This document shows, piece by piece, positions 23,701-35,817 of a stretch of DNA of 64,000 nucleotides. The notes below the pieces were generated by a model. That model was not told the DNA's origin. It was given only the letters and a program-made list of their open reading frames with translations, and searched no databases. Made by a program: the position numbers and the translations under genes. The first letter of the stretch is position 1; each line of letters begins with the position of its first letter. Where the stretch lies: contig OZ218957.1 in the NCBI GenBank assembly GCA_965112735.1, positions 2,666,001 through 2,730,000 on the forward strand, read 5' to 3'. This DNA comes from Phaeosaccion multiseriatum. Taxonomy: Eukaryota; Protista; Ochrophyta, other classes.

Positions 23701-26076
23701 CCACTTCTACACTACGTACGTAAGCCTTTACATAAGGCCACGCGCACGCACACACACACACACATGCACGCACCAGCAGCTCGTCCTCGCTGGTGACGTA
23801 CTCCTCTGTGGCGCCTGCCACATACACTCCGCGGCTCTTCTCCTCGCGGACCTAAGCAGACGGCGACGATTACAGCGTGAGCGTCGAGGGAGGGAGGGAG
23901 GGATGGAGGGAAGGAGGGTGAGTGAGTGAGTGAGGGAGTGAGTGAGTGAGTGAGGGAGTGAGGGAGAGAGGGAGTGAGTGCGGGAGTGAGTGAGTGAGTG
24001 AGTGAATGAGTGAGTGACGGAGTGAGTGAGTGAGTGAGTGAGGGAGGGAGTGAGGGAGTGAGTGCGGGAGTGCGGGAGTGAGGGAGTGATTGCCCACTCC
24101 TTCCTTACCGGAAGATTGGTTTTCGTTCCGTGCTTGTCCAACAAGTCTCTGCAGGAGGGCGCGACATAAGTCATTGAAAAGGAAAGGGGGGGGGGCAGAA
24201 AGGGCTCAGAGGAGAGGAGGAGGGAGAGGAGGTGGGGAACACCACGCATCCACTGCCATGAACCCACCCACCCCAACATTTCCGCATTTCCGTGTATATC
24301 TCAATGTAACTCTCCCATCCACTGCCATCCACTGCCATCCACTGCACCCACCCCCACCTGATCTTCTCCATGTATATCTCAATGTAGCTCGTCTTGATGA
24401 CGAACTCCATATTATCATCGGCATCGCTCACGAGTCGAAAGATCTCCCCCACTGTCCGAGGAATGACTCCAGCCAAGAGCGGGTGTCGGATGTCGGGCCC
24501 CTCCATAGTGAAGGTTTTGCCGCTCGAGGTCTGTCCGTAGGCAAACACCGTCCCGTTGTATCCCGTCATCACGTCTGTTGGTACGTTGGTGTGTGGGTGT
24601 GTGTGTGCGTGTGCGTGTGTGTGTGTTGGGTGAGCGTGTGTGTATGGTGTGTGTGTGAGTGTTGTGTGTATGTAGCGGCGCTTCAAGTTCCGTTCTGCAA
24701 TGCACCACCTGCTTGGGGTATGGAAACCGAAAGACTCTCTCCCACTTTCTCTCCCTCCTCCTCCCTCTCATCCCCCCCGTCCCTCTCATCCTCTCTCCCT
24801 CATCTTCTCTCGCCCCTCTCCCTTCCTCTCTCTCTCTCCCCCCTGCCTCCCGCCCCCCCCCCCTTCTCTCTCTCCCTCCCTCTCATCCTCTCTCCCTACT
24901 TCCATCTCCCTCTCCCTCCTTCCCCTCTCTTCCTGACCTGCGACAATGGGTTTGGCGACATACTCGAATACGTCCTGCTGTGTCGAGGTCGGGCTGAACA
25001 CGCGATCGAAGGAAAACGTGTTGAGGCCTGTTGCGTTGCATGGGACAAGGCCAGCACCAACAGTAGCAACCGCAGCAGCAGCAGCAGCAGCAGCAGATCG
25101 GTCTCCGTCAAGGGCATAGCATTGCATGGGTCAAGGGCAAGACACCTCGACAAACGCATCCGAACGACATGAACATATACAATGCCCGTGCCACGCACAC
25201 CCCACAGGCAACGCAAACGTCTTCGGGCTTGCTCCGTCTGTGGACACGCCCCACCCCACAACCCTCCGCCGATGAACGCACGCAAGATCGCACGCACGCA
25301 CGATCGATCCATCCTACCTCTATCTGCAGTGTCTAGGTCGATGCTCTCCTCGGAGGGGAACTCAACGCACACCACTCCGCCCTCCTTCTGCTCGCGATCG
25401 TTTGGTGGCCGCACCCTAGCCACAACTCGCACGCCCTGACCGGAGCCTGCGTTCAGAAAGGAGCACACCACATAGAGATGTCGACCATGGGTATGGTACG
25501 GTAGAGCAGAGCATGTGGGGTAGGTGGTAGAGCGAGGGAGGGTAGAAGGAGGCTAATTGAGTTTACGTACAGGGGGGGGGGGGGGGGGGGGGAACTAGCC
25601 TCCCCCTATCCATCCTCCATCCAGCATCTCCCCTCAAAAGATGTAGACCGGGGCGAGAGAGCAGCACGTGCGATTTTGAGTCCGCAGCGTCGAGAGGCCA
25701 ACCCCCTCTCGCCCCCCTACTCTCTCTCACTAAAACACCGCCCTTCCCGCGTTTTCAGTGCGTGCGTTCCGTTGCAGACCAAAGCAACCACACCACAGCC
25801 AAACGACGTACCTTTGCTGGGCTTGCTGCTCCTCTTCCTGGATCGTACTGACGAGGCGGGAGAGGGCTCACCCGTCAGGGCAGTCGTGCCGGTGGCGGTG
25901 GAGGTGTCATCTCCTCCTCTTTCCCCTTTGCTACCGTCCCACTCCGACCTAGAGTCGGGGGAGCGCGAGGAGAGAGGCGGAGAGGACAGAGGAGGAGACA
26001 TTGGAGAGGAGCCTCCTGTGTTGGAGCTCCGGCTCTTCCTCCCTTTGCCCTCCTGCTGGAGCTTGGGAGAGCTCAT
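19284..26076 (-). CDS. Kinesin heavy chain (kinesin-1 type), multi-exon
   Basis: [33 protein letters not shown] (P-loop), [18 protein letters not shown] (switch I), VDLAGSE (switch II), [38 protein letters not shown]. Coiled-coil stalk and IAK-like tail. First exon 26076-25812 is inferred from splice phase. Confidence 0.93.
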
Positions 26077-26507
26077 GGAATCGAAGGAAGGCGGGACCAG
26101 TTAATGTCGTGGGAAAGACATTCTGTCCCCACAACCCTCCAGAGAAAGACTCCTAGGAGCTCAGCGCGATGAGAGCTTGCAAGCGTCCTTTTTTAGGGAT
26201 ACCCCTTCCCTCGGCCCAAGTATCTTTGTCGGAGGATAGAGAGGATATCGGCACGAGGGGGGGTTTTCTTCGCGAATTTCGATATCGAATTTCTGATCAA
26301 TTTATATATCGATATCTTCTACCTCTAATGTCGACACATAGCCCAACGGCGGCGGCCTTTTTACTTTTATTAACTCTTTCCCCTCCCTCTCTTCTCTCCC
26401 CTCTCTTGGTTGCGCCACCCACTGGCGAAGCTTATGAGGTATGAAACTGTGCAGTCTCCACTCTCGTCCTGGTGCAGGCGGTGAAGAGAGGAGGCGATTA
26501 GATCAAG
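26077..26507. promoter_or_regulatory. Probable bidirectional promoter between the kinesin and the giant GAF gene
   Basis: 431-bp head-to-head gap with an AT-rich core containing the palindromes TTCGATATCGAA (26278-26289) and ATATCGATAT (26306-26315). Confidence 0.5.
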
Positions 26508-27969
26508 ATGAGGGACGACACTCTCTCGGCTGAGTTTCTTGACTCAGGAGACTCGGACGAGGGCCGGAACGGAGAAGGAGTTGCCAATGCACCGGAAGAT
26601 GCTGTGCCGGAGACGCCACAGCTGCAGCTTTCAGGCCAGGCGATGAGGAGCACCAGCCTGGTGGACACGCTCAGGGGGACCACCCCCACCGCCGCTACGA
26701 CTGTGGTTCAGCAGCAGCAGGGATATCCGTCGAATGCTGCTGCTGCTGCAGAACCTTTAGCTCCCCTCGTTGCTCGAAGGAAGCCTTTCCCTGTTGGTGA
26801 TGAGAAGAGCCAACAGAGAGCGGGAGGCCGCCAAGGAGGAAAGGGGGGGATGGATGGGATGAGGGCGCCTGCTGTCTCTGTCTCTGCCTCTACGGCATGC
26901 CTCGGCCCCGACGGCGTGGCGGTACTACTGGACAATCTTCACGAGCTCAGGGCGTCAGTACACGCCCAAAGCGGGCAGATGAAGCGCCTCAGGGGCGAGT
27001 GCCAGCGCCGCTTGGGGGAGGAGGAGGAGGAGCAGCTCGAGCTCAGGCAGTTGCTAAGGGAGTCGGAGGAGGAGCTGCAGTGGCACAGAGGGGAGATGGG
27101 CTGGCTGCTGGACAGCATGTGAGTGGGAGTGGGAAGAGGGGGGGTTGTTGGGGGGGGGGGGGGCGCAAACTGCTGTATCACGAACTGCACAACTGTGTCT
27201 ATATGCACTCCGCTTCGGTCCATCACACCGCCTCCCTGCTAACATCGGTCTTTTGCTGTATCACCAACTGCTTCTGCTGCTTCCACTACTGTTGTACAAC
27301 CACACAGGATGGGCGGCCTGCAGCGGGCCCCCTCCGCTATGACGCTCTTCTCTCTCTTGACTGAGCGCATCCGAGCGGAGCTGCACGCAGAGGCCGCCGT
27401 TGTGTACCTCCTCGACAGGGCGGGGGACAGGCTGTGGACGCTGGTGCTGGGCGGGGGCGATGAGCAGACAACAGAGGAGGCAGGCGAGGCTAGGGCGGCG
27501 GGGGGGGGTGTGGCTCGACCGGGAGGTGAGTGGAGTGAACAGGTGTATGGGCACGTGTATATGTGGCTATGGACAGGCATGTGGGAAGGTGTACAGGCAG
27601 ATCAGTCGTATGGAATGGGCAGGCAGGCAGGTAGACTGGCGTACTCACCCACTCAGTCACTCATTCACTCACTCATTCTGAACCTCTCATACTTTGATGT
27701 CGCGTTGCGTTGTCTCTCTCTCTCCTCCTCTCATTGTTCGGTTCCTCCCTACCCGTCCTGTTCTGTGTTCTGTTCTGCTCTGTTCCCCCTCTGCCTGTGT
27801 CTGCCCACCTCACCCCAACCCCCACCACACCTTGGGGCTGCTTGCGTGTTGGCAGTTTGCTACGTGCCTCTCAAGGGCTCTGTTGTGGGGTCGCTCTTCC
27901 CCGCCGTGCTGCACCGGGGGGAGCCGTTGGTGATACAGCAGCAGCAGCAGGAGCAGCAGCAGCATCATC

Positions 27970-28000
<31 letters not shown>

Positions 28001-31000
28001 GGTGGTTCATCTGTACAACGAAGGCGTGTCTGCTTACTCCTCCGGCTCGGCAAAGGAGGCCTCTTTGGTGACCTCTCTCGTCCCCACCGGGGTGGTGCAC
28101 AACATGCTGTTGGCTGCTGTATCACCAACTGCCGAAGAGGTAGAGGACAAAGGCCGCGAGGGTCCTTCCCCCGAGAGCTGGCTGCTAGGCGACCTCCCTG
28201 GGGAAGAGGTGGAGGGTGTGGGGCAGGGCAGAGGCGGAGAAGACTCTGCTGCTGCTGCTGCTGCTGCTGCTGCCCCTGTGGCCATTGTACAAGTACTAAA
28301 TAAGCTGCGAAGGAGGTCGGATCAGGGGGATGGGCGAAGGGTTTCTGAGAGGTTGGGGTTTTGGGGGGGATTAGGAGTCCCCCCTCTCGGTGGTCACAGG
28401 GACAAGGACTACGACAACGGCGATAGTAGTGATGAAGGTGGTAGTACATACGATGACTTCACCCCTGCCGACGAAGTGACTTTCCGCGCCCTGACGCCGG
28501 CGCTGGTTGGATCTACGCGACTCCTGGCGACGCTTTATGCCCTGGAGGGGGAGTGTCTCCAGCAGAAGGAGTCTGCCCTTGTGGAGGCGTCTGTTAGGGC
28601 GGGACAAGAGGCGATCTACAGGGCCCGACAGAGGAGGCGTGAGAGGGAGGAGGTGCCGCTGATGACAGTGCTGCTCAACGATGCACTGACGGGGGCAGCG
28701 GGGCGGCTTGGGGCAGAGTGCTGTAGGCTATTCGTGTTGGATAGGCCGAGAGGGGAACTGCTGCTCGTGGGGGAGGCGCTGGGCCGAGATGAGGAGGAGG
28801 AGGAGGAGGAGGAGGAGGAGGAGGAGGAGGATGAAGAAGAGGATGAGGTGGTGGGGAAGGTGGAGGGGAAGGAGCAGGAGGAGGAGGAGCAGGAGCGGCG
28901 GTGGGCGTGCAGTTCGCCCATGGACGCCTCTCCCCAGAAGACTCACAGTCCGAAGAACGATCCTAAGAATCATCCGACAACAACGACGAGGAGGGGGAGG
29001 AGGAGGAGGAGGAGGAGGAGCATGCCGAGCAAGACCTCTGACAGGGAATGCCCTCCCCCCCCGCCGATGGGGGCAGTGCGCCTACCCCGGGGGGTGGGGT
29101 TGGAGTGGGTGTGTGTGCAGCAGGCCGAGGAGGAGGATGAAAGAGAGAGGGGGAAGGGGAAAGGTGACAGCAGAGGAGGACCTAAGAGTAAAGGTAAGGG
29201 CACGGGCGAAGAGGATAGTGACGCGGGGGGGGGTGGCTTCCACACAGGCGGTGACGATGCCGAGGAGGACGAGGAGGAGGAGGAAGAGGATGGCAGCAGA
29301 GGAGCGGTAGGGGGCAGGGGTGGGGGTAAGGGGGGTCGGAAGAGGAGGAGGCCTACTGGTTGGATGGCACCAAACGGTGGTGGTGCAGTGAGCACAGCCG
29401 ATGCTTACCGAGACACAAGGTTCAGTCCTGCCCTGGACTCGCTCCTCAGGCGCCACACCACTTCTCTCCTGTGTGTACCCGTTAGGAGCGCGGGTGGGGG
29501 GCTTGGGGGAGGGAGGGGAGGAGGTGGGCGTGGGTTTGGGCATTGTGTGGGTGTGTTGGCCTTTGTCAACAAGGAGCAGCGGGAGCGGGAGCGAGAGGGG
29601 GAAGGAGAGGAAGAAGAAGAAGAAAAAGGAGGAGGAGGAGGAGGAGGAGGAGGAGGAGGAGGAGGAGGGGGCCCAGATGATGACTATATGGGAAGAGTAC
29701 AGAAAGGGTTCAGCGGCACCGATCGCAAGGCGGCTATGCAGCTGTGCGCGGAATTGGGCGTCCTGATTGGGGGGCTGCCACTGCCATATCACCAACTGCT
29801 GCACTTGCCCAAGGGCCCCTTAGGCGGCCCCACAAGTAGAGGCCTGGGGGGGGGGGGTGGATTTGAAGCTGGACTTGGGGTTGAGCTTGGGGCTCCCTCC
29901 CCCGAGGGGGCTGGCGCCAACGTGCGTGTGCGTGCGTGCGTGTCCATGCCTTTGCTGCTGGGGGAGGTCAAGGCCATCACCGCCGTACTCAGCGGACCGG
30001 CCACCCTGGAAGAGGTGAGTGAGTGAGTGAGGCTACTCGTGTGTGTGTGTGTGTGTGCGTGTGTGTGTGCGTGTGTGTGCCCTTGACCCATGCAATGTTC
30101 CGCCCTTGACCTATGCAATACTATGCTCTGCTGTGCTGTGTACGCGCAGGTGGTCTTGTGCGTGGGGCAGGCGCTGTCGGTACTCCTGTCAGAGGAGGAA
30201 GAGGGGGAGGAGGAGGAGGAGGAGGAGGAGGAGGAGCCCTTACGTCACACCCTCTACGTACGATGCTCCACACCAGGGGAGGAGGAGGAGGACCCCGAGG
30301 GGGGGGGCAGTAGACGAGGAGGAAGAGGAGGAGCTGGGGGGGCAGCGCAGCCGCCAAGCCGCCAGTCGCAGCTGGTGGGGGTGGGTGAATTGGGGCCCCT
30401 CACGCTGCACGGGTGCTGGCCGCGAAGGGACCCAAGCACGGGTACCAGCGGGGGCCCAAGAAAGGGTACCAGCACAGGAAATACGAGTGCCAGTCTCGTG
30501 CGACAGGCGGCTGTCACGGGGAAGGACGGATTCTGGTGCGGGGCGGGGGCGTATTCTCGTGCTACTGCTGCTCCTGCGGCTGTTGTATCACCAACTGCTA
30601 CTGCTGCTGTTGCCCACGCCCGGAGGAGGCATCGGGGCTACTATTTGTGCGCAGAGGGGATGGGGGTGGACGGAGGAGAGGATGAGCAAGAGGAGGAGTG
30701 GGAGAAGGAGCGGCAGGGAAGTGGGGGAGGGGGAGGGGGAGGGGAAAGGGCAGTGAACAGGAGTGTGGACTGCTTCGGAGAGGAGCCAGTTGTGACTGCG
30801 GTAATGGCGCTGCCTATCACGTACCCACGGGATGCGCTGACGCACCGGCAGCGGAGGGTCTTGGAGGTGGGTAACAAGTTTTGGATAGCAAGGACTGAGC
30901 TTTGCTGTTACGTCTTGTTTGACTGTGTTGACGGTGGCGGTGCTGTTGCTGTTGTCGATGCGCTGCTGTTTGACTATTCTTTGACGCCCTTTTTGTGTCT

Positions 31001-34000
31001 CGACTGCGCCTGCGCTGTGGCATGCTGTCGCTGCTGCCGCCGCTCTGGTGCCTCTCTCTCTCTCTGTGTGTGCCCCCATTGTGCCCCTTTTTGGTGCCTG
31101 TGCCTCTCTGTGTACGTGCCTTGATGTGCCCTCGTGCAGAGCGGCGGATGGCGGGACACTCTCTATGACAGAGGCATCGCCAGCCTTGAGTGCAAGTCCG
31201 TCGTCGTCGGGCTGCTTCATCTCGCAAGGTGAGGAGAGGATGGCATTGGATGGATGGCGAGGGATGGGAGAGGGGATGGCAAGGGATGGGAGAGGATGGC
31301 AATGGACGTGGGATATATCTGTGATGCGGATGCTCCTCCTCAGCCAAGAGTAAGCATAGGCCTCACCTCCTATGCCTGTGTGTGTGCCTTTGTGTGCGCA
31401 TGTCCTTGCGTTTGTGTGTGTGTGTGTGCGTGCGTACATGTGTGTGCAGGAAGGGGGCCCCTTTCTCAGCTCATGAGGCCGCTGTGCTGAAGGAGCTTTG
31501 TGCGTCGCTCTCCCCTCTGCTGCTGGGCTGGGCCTTGAGGCAGCATTTGGAGGCCTCAAAGGACCTTTTAGAGGCCTCCCAGGAGCATCTGGAGGCCTCC
31601 CAGCAGCAGCAGGGGGAAAAGAGACAACTTTGGGACGCCTCCAAGGAGCAAGCAGCAGCAGCAGCACCAGCGGCGGTGCACCCACGGGACCGGGCCACGC
31701 ACCCACGCGCGCACGCACACGCGCCTCCTCCTCCTCCCCCTCCTCCTCCGCCGTCTTCGTACAGGGAGGACGAAGACCAGGCAGGGGCATATAGGCCCGC
31801 CACGTATGACCCACAACAGCGCCCCTCGTGGTACTCCAGGAGGAAGTCCCTCGTCCCTTCGCACCCCCTTCCCCCCCCCCTCATCCATGACGGCATGAAC
31901 GACGAGCTCTCCCACCGTAGGAACAGTGTCTTCTCTGACCGAGGTCTTTATGAGGAGAGGAGCAGCAGCAAGGGGTCAAGTGGCGGGCCTCGTACCCTCC
32001 CTTCCCGCCCCCCCCACCCTCCTAACGCCCTGGCTGGAGAGAGAGCGACGACAGACGGCCGGGCCTTCATCAGAGGCAGCCGCAGCAGCAGCAGCAGCAG
32101 CAGCAGGCCAGCTGAAGAGGAGCAGTTCGTGACACAGAGCAGCAGCGGCGCAGAAGAGGCGGAGGAGAGAGAGGCGGTGGCTGTTCTCCGTCGGCGGCTG
32201 AGCGATAGAGAGGAGCAATTGGTGGTACGGATCAAAGAGGAGCAGCAGCAGCAGCTGGTGATACAGAGCCTAAGGCAGTCGGCGGCCCTGCTCGGCGCTG
32301 TGCAGGTAAGCCCTATCTGCCTACCCGCCTACCTCTCTCCGTACCCACCTACCCATCTACACCCCTACCTACCCACGTATCTACGTAACTACCCACCCAC
32401 CTACCTACCTACCTATACCTACGTGTCTACCTACCTCTTTGCGGTATGCACTCCTCTTGCCATGCTTCCTGTACGCTCTATACCATATACTGCCAATCCT
32501 CTCTCCCTCTCTCTCTCTGTCTCTGCCGCTCTCCTACTCTCTTTGTCTTATCTTTCTCTCCCTCTCTATGCTTTACCGAAGCGAATTGGGTAGAAAACAA
32601 CCCTCTGCCTCTTTCCCTCGCTCTCTTTCTCTCGCCCTCTCTCTCACCCTCTCTCTCACCCTCTCTCTCACCGACTCTCTCACCGACCCTCTCTCCCTCT
32701 CTCTCTCTCCCTCTGCGCTTGTCACGCTCGTCCTCTCTCCCTCTCTCTCTCCTTCGCGCTCTCTCCTCCATCCACTGCCCTCCCTCCCCAGGCCGAGTCT
32801 CAGAAAGTGTCCTCTTTCCACACCGCCCTCGCCAGACTGCCCCACGCTCAGGTACCTTAGTGAATGGCTTACTTAATGACGTAATGAATTTATGACTTAG
32901 TGGATGACTTAGTGAGTCTCTCTGGCACTCAATCTATCCAACCTATACGAGAGAGGGACGGGAGGGAGGGAGGGAGGGAGGGGTCGAGGGGCAGAGGAGG
33001 GAAGGAAGGGAGGGAGGGAGAGAGGGAAGGAGCGTCGCCCGCACCCGCACCAGCTATGCTCGCCTTTCTCTTAACGCATCTTATCTACGTGACTTTATTT
33101 TGCTTGTCTACTCTTACTTCTCACTCTTGTATCACCCTGCCCTTGCGTCTCACTCCATTTTTCTCTCTACTCTCTCTCAGGTGATGTCATCTGGTGCCAT
33201 CCTCGCCTTTCTGCGCGCCGCCCTGCCGCTGGCCTCTGCGCTACTTGACAAGGCCTGTCACCGCCAACATCCACTGCCATCTTCCTCCTGCGCACTACCC
33301 GACGCGGACCCCCCCCCTCTCCCCCTCTTCAACTTCAACTTCAACTCCTCCAACTCCGATGGCGGCCGAGGCGGCCTGCTTGCCCCTCTCTCACACCACC
33401 ATCCCTCTCCCACACCCAAGCCCAAGCCCAAGCGGAAGCGTTGCAATCGCCTCTGTGTGCAGCTCTTTCTCCATCTGCCTCGCTGCCCTCCCCCCTTGGG
33501 CAGCGAGTTCCCGGGGGACGAATCCCAGGGAACACGTGGCTCCTCCCCTGCTGCGGCTGTATCACCAACTGCTGCTCTTGCGGATGCACCTGGCTCGAGG
33601 GAGAAGGTGCTCTATTACTGGCCCTCTGCCGACCCGTCTGCAGCGTTTGTTTCCGAGCCGAGCTTCTTCACCGCCAAGGAACACAATGAAGGAACAAGGA
33701 GGAGCAGCAGCGACCACCACGACGGCAAGGACGAGGATGGCAGTGGATGGGAGGGAGGGTGCGGTGACGTTACAGCGGTTCGTAGAGCGGTGCTGAATAA
33801 GGATGTTGTGAGGGTGAGTGCGAGGCGAAGAGGAGGAGGAGGAGGAGTAGGAGGAGGAGGAGGAGGAGGAGGAAGTGGGGAGGAGGGGTGCGTGGAGGAG
33901 GTATGCATCCCGATTGTCAGTCAGGACGGGAAGGAAGTACTTGCTGTGCTGCAGCTTCGGCACGACAAGGAGCAACACGACAAAGACAAACGAGAAGCAG

Positions 34001-35771
34001 CAGAGGCAGTGGTTGGTGGTACAGAAACATGCGGGGAGGAGGTCGACGGGAGGAGGGAGGAGGAGGAGGAGCACGAGGGGGAGGAGCAGGAGGACGAGGA
34101 GCAGGTGGAGGAGGGGGAGGAGGAGGCGAGAGTGGGGGAGGAGGTGTGTCTCGGTGTGTCAGGGGCGGTGGAGGCCTTCGTTGCGCTACGAGTCGCCAAG
34201 GCCGAGCGTTTCCGAATCGAGGAGGAGGGAAGGAGGAGGGAGGAGGAGCTTCGGCGCGTCAGAGCGGGGGGAGAGGAAGGGGCGGCCTCAGCGGAGAGGG
34301 CGAGGGAGGCAGGTATGTGTGTAGGTATAGGTATGTGGGGATTGGAGGGAGGGAGAGTGAGGCTCCTTACGGGTAACGGTCGGGCATGGGGCATTGGGGG
34401 AGTATGGGCGTGCAGTGCACTTGAGAGAGGGCAGGCTGGCGCCGACGAGTTTTGTCTTTACACTTGCATTTGGTCCCGCCCCGGTCGGAATCCTGTCCGT
34501 CCCGCCCCGGTCGGAAACCTGTCCCCAAGGGGTCCGTCCGTCTCCGTCCCTTGTTGGTCCTACTCTCTTTTCTGTCCTCCTTCGCTGCCTGCCTGCTTAT
34601 CCCTCCCCCTCTTTTCCTCACCTACTCATGCTCCCGTACCACCAACCGTTGTGTCGCTTGCAGTACTCTCCCTCCTAGTGACACGTGTGACCAAGCAGCG
34701 GCGCCAGGAGGTGCTGCGTGGGTGCGTGCGTGCGCTGTCCGAGGAGGCCCGGAGGGGTAGGAGGGGCAGAGAGGCACAGCTCGCTATGGGGCAGAGGGCA
34801 CAGGCCGCGGTGAGTCAGGCCCAGCCGTAAGCGGGGAATGTGGTATCGAGTTTAGACTCAGGAACTAACTTAACTGAACTAAGGGGGCAGGGGGGGGAGT
34901 AGAGGAGGAGGGAGGAAGGGGACTAGTGGGGGCGGAGGGAGAGAGCAGGAGAGAGGAGGGGGGGGGGGGTGATAAAAACGGCCTCACCATTATTGTCGCA
35001 CGTACTCCTTACTTACGCACTCCTCTATGATCCCTCCCCCGCCTCCCTCCCTCCCTCCCTCCCTCCCTCCCTCCCTCCCTCCCTCCCTCCCTCCCTCCCT
35101 CCCTCCCTCCCTCCCTCCTTCCCTCCCTCCCCCCTCTCTCCCTCCCTCCCTCTGTCCCTCCCTCCCTCTGTCCCTCCCCCCCTCCCTCTTTCTCTCTCCT
35201 TCTCCACTTCCTCCCCCCCCTCCATCCCAGGCTCTCGCTCGGTGGAGAGCGGCAGCAGCACACCGCTCTATGCAGCGCCGATCCATCACTCTCTTCAACC
35301 AGCGATGGCAGTCAATGGGCCTACACCGCTGCCTGCACCTCTGGATCAGCAGCAGGAGGGAGAGAGTCAGGGCAGTGAAGGGCATGAGTAGGCTGCTGGG
35401 CAATGTACAGAAAGTGAGGGAGGCCAGTCTGAAATTGGCGTTTCAGAAATGGAGGGCACAAGGGTTGGCATTGGCCTTGGGGGAGGAGGTGGCGAGCAGA
35501 GAAGCGATGGGGAAAGAAGTGACGGAGAGGCTGAGGCGGGAGAGACTCAACGCGGATATGGTGAGTGCAGGGAGGGACGGTGGAGAGGGAGGGAGGGAAG
35601 GAGGGGGGGAGGGGAGAGAGGGAGTGGAGAGAGTGATAGAGGGAGGAAGGAAGGAATGAAGGAAGGAAGGAGTGAGTGCGGGACAGAGCCGGCGGTTGGG
35701 AAGGGCCACTCTGTGCGTCTTCTCTTTGAAGGCACTTCACTCATCGTAAAGCACTCAGCACACTCACACAC

Positions 35772-35817
<46 letters not shown>

